A stretch of DNA of 44,754 bases, the filler included, from Jimgerdemannia flammicorona (taxonomy: Eukaryota), in NCBI GenBank assembly GCA_003990765.1. It is 2 parts of 2 records of this genome, joined end to end, with 100 filler letters (N's around TTAATTAATTAA, not from the genome) between each part and the next. Parts side by side here need not be neighbours in the genome. Positions count along the whole stretch, not along the records: positions 22,429 to 44,754 come from RBNJ01001299.1; 1 more part is not named here. One strand, written 5' to 3'. The notes beneath the pieces are model-generated. The model worked only from the letters and a program-made list of their open reading frames with translations. It did not search any database and was not told where the DNA came from. Below, in pieces: positions 24,101 to 35,423 of the stretch. Within the stretch, counting starts at the first letter, position 1. Every line of letters starts with the position of its first letter. A program made the position numbers and the translations under genes.

Positions 24101-24647
24101 TCAGCAAGTCTTGTAGATTGATGTTCATGTCACTGGCTCTCATGGACTGTGTGGATAGTGCTAGGTTCTTGAGTGTGTGGTCCTTGGACTGGAAGTCTCT
24201 TAGTATCTTCCTTGGCTTCTTTCAGGAATTTTCGCCTGATCTCCGGTGCATTCTTGAGGACTTGCTCAACTGTAAGGCCAGCATTCTGTAGGTGGATATA
24301 TTCCCAAAGTGAGGCTGCTGCATGGGGCTTGCTGCTTCTTCGGTGTCTTGGTCCCTTGGGGTGTAGTCTTTCATTTCTGATGGGCATTTCATCAGCTGAA
24401 GATTCTATGCTCATATGATCATCTTCTTCAAGGTCTGGCAGGGTAGAGCTGGGGGTTGTCCTAGATGGTCCGGCTTCTGGTTCAGAAGTATCTTTTCTAA
24501 CTCGCTTCTCCTGTTCTTGTAGAGTGTCTGAGGAAGAATGGCCATGTCATGGATGCTTGCCGGTGGATACCGTTACTGGCAGTTGAGGTGGGGGATTCCT
24601 TCGAGGTCTTCCCTGTCCTCTGGTCTCTGCTGGGGCAGCTTCCCATG

Positions 24648-26603
24648 TCACCTTGGATGGAAAGCTTCGAAGTATGGGTAGGTGTCATCTTCTTGACCAT
24701 GGAGCCAGGCTGCTTCTTCTTCCATTTCCTGAGTCTCTTCATCTACCTGAAAGAGGTTGACATTTCTGTCATTGGACTGGGTGGGATGGTTCCTTGGACA
24801 ATTCCTCTGGATGTGACCTTGATTTCCGCAGCTGAAGCAGGTGGGACCATAGGAACCAGTCACTGATGAGGCTGTAGTTGCAACTGGTAGTGCAGGGGCA
24901 GGACCTCTGTTGTCTTGTTGCCGGTAGTCTGGTCTGTTATCATGATGGTAGTCTTGTTGTCTTCTACCTTGGTTGTTCAGCTGGGCAACTGTGATGGCCA
25001 GGTCCTTCATTTGCTTAGTGAGCATTGTCATGGGGTCTTCTTGAACTCTTGATGGTGGCTGCTGCTGTGGTTGCCTGAATGGAGTCGGATTTGTGGGTGC
25101 TGGTCTGTTCTCATAGTTGGCTATCTGGGCTCTGAGGAAGGCATTCTCTTGCTCTATGGTTGTTCCTCGGGTCCTTGGGGTTTCGGCTCGGATTGGCTCA
25201 GGATAGCCTTGTACTTGTTGTACTGGTCTATAATCTGCTTCCCAGCATCCTTGTGTTCTAGCAACTTGCTGTTCAATGTTTCAATATCCCATCCTGATAA
25301 CTTGCCTTCGGAGTTCTGGGTATAAGCCATTGAGGAAGGTAGTTGAGGCTAGGGCCAGTTGGACTGCTGGTTGAAGGTTCACCTTGATTATTTGAGCTTG
25401 AATCTGATAGTAGAAACTCTTGGGGGTTTCATTGGCAGCTTGGCTCATATAGGTCAAAGCCTCCTGTGCTTCTTGTTGGCACTCGAATCCATTGAACTGG
25501 GCACGGAGCCAGGCTTTGTGAATCATGTACCTTGCTACATGGTTCCTATCAGGTTGAAGGCCGTCATTCAGTTCCTCTATATGGATTTCTCCTCCAGCTT
25601 GCTTGGCTTGATTATACCTCTGTAGGGCTGGTCCTCTCAGGAGCGACTCCACAATTCTGAGTTTTCTTGCAGTATCCCATTGTTTGGCGGCTGCTTGAAC
25701 TTCGATTTCTCCAAAGAATTCCTCGATATCTTCATTGTCTGTACTATGGAACTTCTGAAAGTAGCTCATGTCTGGCTCGTCTTCACTATCTGAGTATTGT
25801 TTAGGGGTAGGGGATCTGGCAGATCCTCGAGGTGATGGGAAAGGTGGTGGTGCTAGTACTTGATGAACTAGTGGTGCTGGCAGAGGGTGGTGTCTTGGTG
25901 AGAGTGAGGGTAATCTGGCTCTTCTAATTAATGCTGGGGTTGAAGTCCTGGGAAGTGGTAGAGATCTTCTGATAGACTGGTGATAGTGGTGAGGTGTGAG
26001 TGACCAGGGTACTGAAGTTCGGGCAACTGATGGTGGGAGTGGACTAATATAACTAATAGTGAGTTCATCTGCCCCTTGCTGTTGTGAAGTAGTGAGGTCT
26101 TGTTCGCCTGGTTGCTGCTGTGGGTCAGTGTTGCTGTCTGGATAATAGTATAGGTTGAATTCGTCCCTTTGATGGTCTGATCCCCAATCGTCGTCTTGCT
26201 CTGGTTGATATGGATGATAGTCCTCTTCTCCTTCTAATGTTTCGAAGTATACCCGGTCTAGTAGAGTGACTCGAGTGACAACAGTAGTGATGTAGTCACT
26301 TCTGTCTGAGTTCTTCCTATGGATAAGGGTCTGATACTCCTCGGAGATATCCTCTTCTTCTTCTTCTTGGCCTAAGTCTTGGATCTGAAGGGGCGGTTCT
26401 GGTTGCCCTCTGAGTCATCTCCTTTCTCTTGAAGTCAAGCCATAATCTGGGTCACTTCTTTCTTCTGATTCAGTTTTCTGGCTACTGGTGTTGAGTAGGG
26501 TTCTGGCTACTGTTCTGACAAGGGTGTGGGCTTTCTTTTCTGCTGAGGAGGGCTGTTGCTGCCCCTGGTTCAGTTGCTGACTTGGTCCTGCTAAGTTCTC
26601 CAC
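24648..26603 (-). pseudogene. gag with long N-terminal extension; in-frame TGA stops at 26415, 25281, 24648
   Basis: Single frame from 26603; capsid-like KFHSTDNEDIEEFF...LRGPA...FLNGL; knuckle CFSCGNQGHIQRNC. Confidence 0.85.
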
Positions 26604-26651
26604 TGTAGATCGCTGGGTTCTTGAGCCAAATGGTCAAGTCTTTTGAAAACT

Positions 26652-26669
26652 TTCCCAGTTGAGCCCCCA
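26652..26669 (-). promoter_or_regulatory. Primer-binding site, tRNA-Pro-like
   Basis: TGGGGGCTCAACTGGGAA, 3 nt after the LTR's terminal CA; similar to the tRNA-Pro PBS TGGGGGCTCGTCCGGGAT. Confidence 0.75.
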
Positions 26670-26672
26670 AAA

Positions 26673-28112
26673 TGTGGCGTTGGTTATGTATAATGAACTT
26701 TGACTGCACAGCTCAATGTATGCCACTTGGTGAAGCACGCGATGTATAACTGAGTGCGTTGGTGACGTTCGCAGGTCGATGGTCACGTGACAGGTCGTCC
26801 GATTCGTGCGGCAATTGATAATAGAGTAGTGGGACTTCGATTGTTCGTTGGCTCAGGACGTCAATGGCTCAATTGTTTAGTGGATAAGGGCGGCGAACTT
26901 GAATTTATGCGGCGACAACGGGCTTGCTCTTTATGCGGTCAATTAAAGCGGTCCATGGCGCAGTAGGTCAGGAATTGGAGAAGCGGAGGTTGACAGCTTG
27001 CTCATCCGTCTTGGTTAACTTGAAAGGTTTCCTGGCGGTCATTCGGGTCTTTGGCAGTTGTTCTTGCTAGCTGGCAGGTCTTGTATGGGTATTCTTGAGT
27101 TTCCGGGTTTTTTTCGGGTCTTGAATCTCGAATGGCGGTCGAATGGCGGCAGTCCGAATGGCAGTCTGGTCTTGAATCCTTGGCTGGGTCTCAGGTCTCG
27201 AATGGTGGTCTGAATGGCAGTCCGAATGGCGGTCTGGTCTTGAATCCTTTTTGTGGCAGCAGTCTTGTAATGTTTTCTTTCTTTCCGTGGCAAGAGAAAA
27301 TTCTTTAACTCAAACTTCCAAGCGATCCATTGCTCTAGGTTGTTATCTTGTTCTCAGAATTTATCTGGTCTCTTGGAGGCAGTGGTTATTTCACAAAACC
27401 AATTGACTCCAAGAGACCGGATAAATTCTGAGAACAAGATAACAACCTAGAGCAACGGATCGCTTGGAAGTTTGAGTTAAAGAATTTTCTCTTGCCACGG
27501 AAAGAAAGAAAACGTTACAAGACCGCCGCCACGAAAAGGATTCAAGACCAGACCACCATTCGGACTGCCATTCGGACCGCCATTCGAGACCTGAGACCCA
27601 GCCAAGGATTCAAGACCAGACCGCCATTTGGACCGCCGCCATTCGACCACCATTCGAGATTCAAGACCCGAAAAAAACCCGGAAACTCAAGGATACCCAT
27701 ACAAGACCCGCCAGCTAGCAAGAACAACTGCCAAAGACCCGAACGACCGCCAGGAAACCTTTCAAGTTAACCAAGATGGACGAGCGAGCCGTCAACCTCC
27801 GCTTCTCCGATTCCCGACCTACTGTGCCATGGACCGCTTTAATTGACCGCATAAAGAGCAAGCCCGTTGTCGCTGCATAAATTCAAGTTCGCCGCCCTTA
27901 TCCACTAAACAATTGAGCCATCGACGTCCTGAGCCAACGAACAATCGAAGTCCCGCTACTCTATTATCAATTGCCGCACGAATCAGACGACCTGTCACGT
28001 GACCATCGACCTGTGAACGTCACCAATGCACTCAGTTATATATCGCGCACTTCACCAAGTGGCATACATTGAGCCATGCAGTCAAAGTTCATTATACATA
28101 ACCAACGCTACA
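26673..28112. repeat. ~1.44 kb spacerless inverted repeat: two head-to-head LTR copies (26673-27395 and 27396-28112)
   Basis: The arms are reverse complements over their whole length (mirrored ORFs 27039-27293 and 27492-27770) and differ mostly by transitions. Confidence 0.95.
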
Positions 28113-28384
28113 ATACATATTATATACAAGATAATGCTACACATAATCAGTATAAAGTTTTGCAAAGAATTTGCATAAAGTGAAAATATAGTGCTAAATA
28201 TTGTGCAAAATTCTGTATATAGTATTCTACTGTACAATTTGTATAGATTTTGTATAGATTTGCTAAAGACATTAAGGCTGCAGTTTTTAAAGCCTCAAGG
28301 GCTATGCACTTACTGAATAAGGAACCTGCTACAGCAAGTCTTAGCCACTATTAGAATAGTGCTCTATTTGGAACAAGTAATTAA

Positions 28385-28505
28385 TACTTATATAACTGCT
28401 GAGTTATACAAAAGTAATAATTCAAGACTGATCATTATTTATATAACTGCTGAGTCACACAAGAGTGATAATTCAAAGATTTATATAACTGCCAAGTTAC
28501 ATAGA
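28385..28505. repeat. Three imperfect ~45-bp repeats (TTATATAACTGCTGAGT...) in an AT-rich relic
   Basis: Copies at ~28388, 28438, 28481. Confidence 0.6.
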
Positions 28506-29415
28506 ACAGACCCAGTGTTATCTGATTTATTTCTAAAATTGCTGATTATTAAAAGGCCTCACAAGAATTATCCTACTAATGAAAAAATATTGTACTAATA
28601 TTTTGAAAATAACTAAAGACTTTAGCCAATATAGTGACCATATATCAGAAGAAGAATGTAAAGAACTATAAATACTATATAACTAAATCAGATGTGTTCT
28701 GATAAAGAAATAATTATTACCCTTTTTCTCTATTTCAAAATATTGACTATATCTTCTATATACTATAGTAGAATTAAATTAAAAAGATCAAGATTATGAA
28801 ACTTGAAATAAGGGTAATTAAGAAGATACTATTGAATGAGTTTATAATAAACAAATTGATACCAGCAAATAAATGATAAAGAATTATTGCAAAAATTAAA
28901 AAGTATGAGTATTTTGATATAATTATATATATAGACTGCTCCTTCTTCATAATTAGTATCCAGATCAGTTAGTGAGATAAGAACTATAATATCAGAAAAG
29001 TATGATATACTGTAGAAATTAACTATAGTATAAATTTACTTATTATCTAGTAAAATCACTATTATAAACTATTACTGATTTTGACTCTATAGCAAATCTT
29101 ACTATTTATTATACTCTATAAGTAATCTTGATAGCTCTTAACTGTAAGAGTTTATTTAATATATATAGTAGAATTAAGACTAGTTAATTATATAATTATT
29201 AATACTATTGATGAATATATAAAGAAGAAAATTCTATCTATAAGATGTACTGATAATATACTTGATAATTATATAAGAGAAGAAATATTAAATATATAAT
29301 AATATTGTATTAGAGTTTTTCTGCAAATAGTATTAGTAATTTATATAATAATATCATTCTTATTATTAATATATATAATATTACAGTAGAGCCTTTATAG
29401 CAATCTTATAAAAAG

Positions 29416-29819
29416 TGTAATAGTTCTAGTTTCTAAATGAGAAAGTGACTAGTTCTAGTGGTTCTAAGTAGCTCGAAGAGATACTTAAGGATTTAAGTGT
29501 TCTCGAAGAATTTCTGGGAGAAAATATTCTAAGACTTTATTTATGAGAACAAAGGAAATATTTATACAAGATCTGAAAGAAGGATCTGGAAGGATCTGAG
29601 AAATCAAAGGAAAATGCCAAGAGGAAAGTTCTTGGCAAAGATGACAAATGATGACAAATAAAGTTCTACAAGTTTCCAGGATAATCAGTGACTAACTAAA
29701 TAAGTACTAGAGGATGCTCAGTACTAAGAAAGGATTTCTAAGCATTCAGAAAGTACTGGAAGGTCATAGAATATTAAAGAAAGATAAAGAAAAGAAATAA
29801 ACTATACTAATATATTATA
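29416..29819 (-). repeat. 3' LTR of the chromovirus
   Basis: Direct repeat of 35020-35423; terminal CA mutated to TA. Confidence 0.95.
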
Positions 29820-29835
29820 TCTCCCCCTCCTTAAG
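29820..29835 (-). promoter_or_regulatory. Polypurine tract
   Basis: AAGGAGGGGGAGA immediately before the 3' LTR on the minus strand. Confidence 0.85.
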
Positions 29836-30149
29836 AATCAATATCCTCATTGAATTCTCAAAGTTATATATAACAAACAATAAGACTAAAAGAAACTTCA
29901 AATTAAATGTATTGACTCATTAGCAAGGATTGACCATCCTTATATAAGGTGAGGGCCAAAGTATCATCTTGATCAGATGAGAACTGGTTTGAACCTCATT
30001 GGTTGCAGGATTTATAGGGTTCTCCTGTATCTCTAGTTTCTGATGCTATATCCCTTAGAGAGCCCCAATGTGTAATGTGCCTGATCAGTATAGTAGATCA
30101 TCTACTATTCAAGAGGAGAACCTCATGGGCAGTCAATGAGTTCCTTTTT

Positions 30150-31420
30150 GCTTGAACTCTTGAATGAGATCCTGGGAGTTCTTGAGATTGGTGGCAGGTT
30201 CCCAGGTAGTATCATATTCAGGATAACCCATTCACTTGACTAGGTATTCTGTGTGATAGTATCAGACTCATTTGTCTAAAATTTTCTCAACTTTATACTT
30301 GATGTGGTCTTTAACTATAACTGGTACTGATGGTGTTGGAATTTGGCCAGGGTATGGGGGTGACTGGTTTCAGACCTTGAGTTGTGATACATGGAATACT
30401 GAGTGTATATGTATGGTTGTTGGCAGATTGAGATGATAAGACCAGGTGGAGACTTGCTTGGTGATCTCAAAGGGTCCAAGGTACTTGGGCTGGAATTTGG
30501 CTGACTGGTGGTTAATTTGAGATTGAGCCTTGATGTTGTTAGCTTTGAGTAGAACTATATCACCAATGTTATATATGATATCTCACCACTTCTTATCTGT
30601 ATACTTAGCTTGATGTTGCTGAGCCTTTTGTAGGTTTATAGTGGTAATCTTGAGAAGAGAATCCATTTTGTCAATAAGGTTCTGGGCTGTGGGGACTTGT
30701 GTGTGACTGGATTGCTGGAATTGAACTAGGCTTGTAGGGGTCTTAGAGTTTTGACCATGAAGTAGCTGAAATGGGAAAAGACCAGTTGATGATTGGTTGG
30801 CATTATTGTAGGTAAACTCAGCATAGGTCAGATAGTAGTCCCAATCATCTTGCTCATAAGACACATAGTTTCTGAGTATTTGTTCAAGTATTCTGTTCAT
30901 TTGCTCTATCTGTCCATCAGTTTGAGGATAGAAGGCAGTGGATATAGCAATTTGGCTTGAAGAGTGCTTGCCAGAAGTGGCTTGTGAACTCGGGATCATG
31001 GTCACTGATAATTACTCGGGGAAGTCCATAATGGTAGAAGACAGTCTTGAAAAAGATTCTTGCAATTTCTGGAGCAGTAGTATTGGTTGGGGTGGGCTCA
31101 GCGATTGTAATCTTGGTGAGATGGTCTACAAACACAACAATAGCATTATAGCCTGTTTTGGTTTGTGGGAGTTGTACAATGAAGTCTATTGTGACTTATT
31201 CAAACTTCTTGATTGGAATTGACAAGGGTTGTAGAAGACTGGTGGGTGCTTGGTTACTTGACTTGTTTCTTTGGCAAAGATTGCAGCTTTGGACATACTC
31301 CTTAATTTCCTTAAGCATATTTGGCCAGTAGTAGTCTCATTGGATATTCTTGATGGTCTTTTCAGTTCCAAGGTAACCAGCTAGTGGGGAGTCATGATGT
31401 TCATGAAGAATCTTGTACTG
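30150..31420 (-). pseudogene. Integrase with GPY/F module and chromodomain
   Basis: HDSPLAG, CNLCQRNK, TIDFIVQLP, IISDHDPEFTSHFW, TAFYPQTDGQ, KYLGPF...HSVFHVSQLK; chromodomain YKVEKIL...EYLVK*MGYPEYDTTWEP (~30310-30150). Confidence 0.92.
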
Positions 31421-31599
31421 TAGTTCAGGGTTGACTGGAATATATACTTTGTCTTGATAGTATATGAGATTGTCCTTGATGGTATACTTTTCCTTGAATT
31501 CCTTGGTATTTCTTTGTAGAACCAAAGAGTCTTGTTCATATGCCTTCTTGATCTGATTGAGGAATTCAGGTACTATGGTGACTTGTAAAATTATGACAA

Positions 31600-32950
31600 G
31601 ATCAGGTCTTCTTGACAGTGCATCTGGTACAACTAGAGTTTTTCCAGGCTTGTAGATGATGTTTGGGGTAAAGGTCTGAAGTAGTTGACTCCACTTGGCT
31701 TGTTGGCAAGAAAGGGTTGGTTGAGTGTTAATGTACTGAAGGGACCTGTGATCGGTGATCACATCGAACTCAACTCCTTCTAGGTAGTATCACCAGGTCT
31801 TGAGGGTATGCATGATTGCCAGGATTTCCTTTTTATGAGTAGCCAGCTTTTGTTCTGCTGGGGACAATTTTCTTGCAATAGGTCAGTGTTCTTGACCATC
31901 ATCTTGAGAAATGACTGCACTAATGATAAAGTTAGATATATCTGTAGTGACTGTGAACTTCAAGTTTGGGTCTATGTTTCTAAGGACAGGTACATGGGTT
32001 AGGCAGTTCTTGAGTTCTTGAAAAGCTTGTTGACAGAAAGCATTCCAGATATAGGAGACATAGAGGTCAGAGTTGGGTTCCTTTCACAGGAGATTTGTCA
32101 AAGATTCTGTGATGCCAGAGAAGTTTTTGACAAATCAACAATAGTATCCAGCCAGACCAAGGAAGAACCTGAGTTCAGTGAGGTTTGCTGATACAGGCCA
32201 CTGTTCAATGGCTTGTATTTTCCTTAAGTCTACTTGAATTCCTTTGGCTGATACAATGTGTCTAAGATATTTGACTTGATCCTTGAAAAATTCACATTTC
32301 TTGAGCTTTACATAGAGCTTGTTCTCACAGAAGATCTTGAGAACTTGTTTGATGTGCTTGAGATGTTCTTCTTCAGTACTACTAAAGATCAGAATGTCAT
32401 CAATGTATACAAGTGCAAAGATATAGAGCTGATCCTTGAAGATGGTTTGTATGAGGTCTTGAAAGATTGCTAGTGCATTGGTGAGACCAAAGGCCATGAC
32501 TAGGAATTTGTAGAGTCCAAAGGGTATCATAAAGGCAGTCTTGGGTATGTCTTCTGGCTTGATTCAAATTTGGTGATACTCAGAGGTGAGATTAATCTTG
32601 GTGAAGTACTTTGCATTCTTGAGAGTATCAAAGATTTGATCTATGAGCAGTAGCAGATAATAGTTCTTAACTATAATCTTGTTGAGTGCTCAGTAGTCTA
32701 TACACATTTACAGAGTATTATCCTTTTTTTTGACAAATAGAACTGGGGAGCCAAAGGGTGACTTGCTTGGCTGAATAGCTCCTTGCTTGATGAGTTCATC
32801 GAGTTCTTTCTTGACTGCTTCAATTTCAAGTGGAGATATGTGGTACATTTTCTTCTTAGGTATGGCTACATTAGGTACTAACTTGATTTCATGGTCATGG
32901 TCTTTTGAAGGTAGTAGACCAGGTAGTTTATCCAGGAAGACATCCTTATA
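31600..32950 (-). pseudogene. Reverse transcriptase + RNase H
   Basis: SPFGSPVLFVKK, PKTAF, MAFGLTNA, VYIDDILIFS, KKCEF, ELRFFLGLAGYY; ITDHRSL, VPDALSR. Confidence 0.95.
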
Positions 32951-33184
32951 CTTATTCAGTAGTAACTTGATGCTTTCACTAATTGATAGCTTCTTATCTT
33001 CTTTCTTTGGTCAGATTAGTACTAAAAAGGCACAGGTAGCTTTATTAAGGGCCTTCTTGAACTGAATTGCCAAGAGGGTAGCAATTGGGGTTCTTGTCTG
33101 AGTCTTGTCTGGCTTGATGGTAATGTTGGCTCCATCCTGGATCAAGGTGACTTCATTCTTGGTCCAATCGATTTGAGAGTTGTG

Positions 33185-33472
33185 TCATATAAGCCAGGGT
33201 TTGCCTAGGATCAGGTTATGGTCTCCTAGTGGTACTACCTTGAAATATAAATGTTCCCAGTACTTCTGGATCTTGAGGGGAAGTTTAGCAGCAATTGAGT
33301 CAATTGGTAAGATGGTGCCATCTGCAGTGACAACTCCACCATTCTTGTCAGCTGGTTTGGTGAAAATCTTGAGCTTGTCGATGAGGTTCTTGTTGATGAA
33401 GTTCCCAACAGCTCCACTGTCTATGAAAATATCTAGCTCTTGTCCCTTGACTTGACCTTTGAAGATGAGCAT
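33185..33472 (-). pseudogene. Aspartic protease domain
   Basis: IFIDSGAVGNFI...VVTADG...NLILGKPWL. Confidence 0.93.
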
Positions 33473-33511
33473 TGAATTGGCTTGGTTCTCAGCTATACTT
33501 GAAACTTTGTC

Positions 33512-33925
33512 AGTGCTGCCAAAGTCTTTCTGATCTTGCTTGGTTGAAGACAGCTTGGTGACTTCTTTGATAACTGGTAGAGTGGCTCACTCCAGAATAA
33601 GCTGTGCAATTCTGTCACCTTCATTAACAGTGTATGATTGGTTCTTGTGGTTGACTAGCAGGACTTACATTTCACCTCAGAAGTCAGGGTCAATGACTCC
33701 AGCACTAACATCCAATGAGTGCTTGAAGCTGAGGCCAGATCTTGGTACAATTCTTGCATAATATTCCTTAGGAATTTCGACTGAAAGGCCAGTTGGAATG
33801 AGCCTTCTTTCATATACAGGAATAGTGACTTGTTGTACTGCTTGAAAGTCCAAACCAATAGCTCCTTCTGACTGTGCTTGAGGGATCTGGGTCTTGGGGT
33901 TGACTCATATGAAATTGAGTACAAC
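33512..33925 (-). pseudogene. dUTPase domain between gag and protease (not in the ORF track because of stops)
   Basis: In frame with gag and PR: GAIGLDF / IVPRSGL / AGVIDPDF*GE / GDRIAQL / KDFGST, i.e. all five trimeric dUTPase motifs. Confidence 0.93.
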
Positions 33926-33928
33926 TTC

Positions 33929-34800
33929 TTATTCAACTGATTGACCTTGAGTATCTTTGGACAGGACCAGGATCCTCTTTGGTTCGGCAGTTTTCTTGGG
34001 ACATTTAGTTGCGATGTAACCAGGCTGATGACAAAAGAAGCAGGCTCCAGCCTTCTTGAGATGCTTCTTTTCCTCAGGTGTAAGCTTGCCTTTCTTGTTC
34101 TTGTCGATAGTGTCTAGGTCTATGGGGACAGGTCCAACAGTTCTGACTTTGGGTTCCTCCCTTCTGTGGTTATTGTTGTTGAAAGGCAGTCTCTTCTGTT
34201 CAAAGCAGTGACCATAGGTGATGATATCAAACCTATCAGTAATTTTCATTACCGTATCTAGGTCCTTGGGTTCTTCTAGTTCAACATGAACTCGGGTTTG
34301 ACCTTTTAGGCCTCAGATGTACTTGTCAACCTTCTCATCTTCAGTGATATGTGATAATTCAAGCAGAATTGATAGAAATTGTACATTGTATGCTTACACA
34401 GACTTGAGTTGTTTGACATTTGCCAGATGGTCTCACATGGCCTTAGTGCTGTTGACTAGTTTGAATTGGTCTTGAATAGTGTTAGAGAATTTGCCCCAGT
34501 TCTTAATTTGGCCAGAGAATCTGATATTCTGAATATGATTTTGCCACCAGATTGTAGCATTCTCTCAGAGGAGTGTGGTGGTAAATTGGACTAGTGTTGC
34601 TTCTTCTAAATTGATCAGTTCTCCATATTGCTCTAATTGAAAAAGCCAGGCATCAGTAGACAGTTCTCCTCTTTGACCATCAAAAGTGTCAGGCTTCTGA
34701 GGCTTGATAGTGACTGCTGTCAGATGTATTGATATTGGTGGGGATGCAGAGGTATGAGCAGAGGCCTTGCTTTTCTTTCTTTCTATACATTCTTGAAGTT
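33929..34800 (-). pseudogene. Chromovirus gag
   Basis: IKPQKPDTFDG, TIWWQ, PVPIDLD, knuckle CFFCHQPGYIATKCP (His decayed to Tyr). Confidence 0.88.
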
Positions 34801-34999
34801 GAGCAATCTGAGCTAATGTAGTCTACAAAAGACTCTCGATGGCCCCATTTGACTGAGTAGGGTTTTGCTGTTTCTCTTCTTCTTGCTGATTGTATGAGAC
34901 ATTGCCTGGACCATAGGTACTGTATAAAGGGTTCCACCTGTTGTCCTCCATAGTATTGTGACTGATATCTTGAGAGGTATCTTGATAAGGCTAGGTGTA

Positions 35000-35017
35000 A
35001 CTTAATCACTACTACCA
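35000..35017 (-). promoter_or_regulatory. Primer-binding site (TGGTAG..., tRNA-iMet-like, mutated)
   Basis: TGGTAGTAGTG, 2 nt after the 5' LTR's CA. Confidence 0.55.
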
Positions 35018-35019
35018 AG

Positions 35020-35423
35020 TGTAATGGTTCTAGTTTTTAAATGAGGAAGCAACTAGTTCTGGTGGTTCTAAGTAGCTCAAAGAGATACTTAAGGATTCAA
35101 GTGTTCTTGAAGAATTTCTGGGAGAAAATATTCTGAGACTTTATTCATGAGAACAAAGGGGATATTTATACAAGATCTGAAAGAAGGATCCAGAAGGATC
35201 TGAGAAATCAAAGGAAAATGCCAAGAGGAAAGTTCTTGGCAAAGATGACAAATGATGACAAATAAAGTTCTACAAGTTTCTAGAACAATCAGTGACTAGC
35301 TAAATAAGTACTAGAGGATGCTTGGTACCAAGAAAGGATTTCTAAGCATTCAGAAAGTACTGGAAGGTCATAGAATATTGAAGAAAGACATAGAAAATAA
35401 ATAAACTATGCTAATATATTACA
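35020..35423 (-). repeat. 5' LTR of the chromovirus
   Basis: TGTAAT...ATTACA, followed by the TSD AAAAG. Confidence 0.95.

Larger units (their letters stand above)
22429..27395 (-). mobile_element. Ty3/gypsy-like LTR retrotransposon, 5' half (LTR-PBS-gag-PR-Cys-rich region-dUTPase), truncated by the contig end
   Basis: LTR 27395-26673 (TGTG...CACA), PBS, gag with CCHC knuckle, aspartic protease, dUTPase. RT/IN are not in the window, so the superfamily is inferred. Confidence 0.85.
29416..35423 (-). mobile_element. Full-length Ty3/gypsy chromovirus (gag-dUTPase-PR-RT-RH-IN-chromo), mutated
   Basis: 404-bp LTRs at 29416-29819 and 35020-35423; 5-bp TSD AAAAG; PPT; PBS; all pol domains recognisable. 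Confidence 0.96.

Noticed and set aside
27039..27846. Duplicated small basic ORFs (MPRKERK...)
   Set aside because: They are mirror images inside the LTRs, start with TTG, and overlap internal tandem repeats; there is no evidence of coding.
26673..28112. DIRS-type inverted terminal repeats or a foldback DNA transposon
   Set aside because: The arms are adjacent rather than flanking the coding region, one arm is followed by a PBS and gag, and no tyrosine recombinase is seen.
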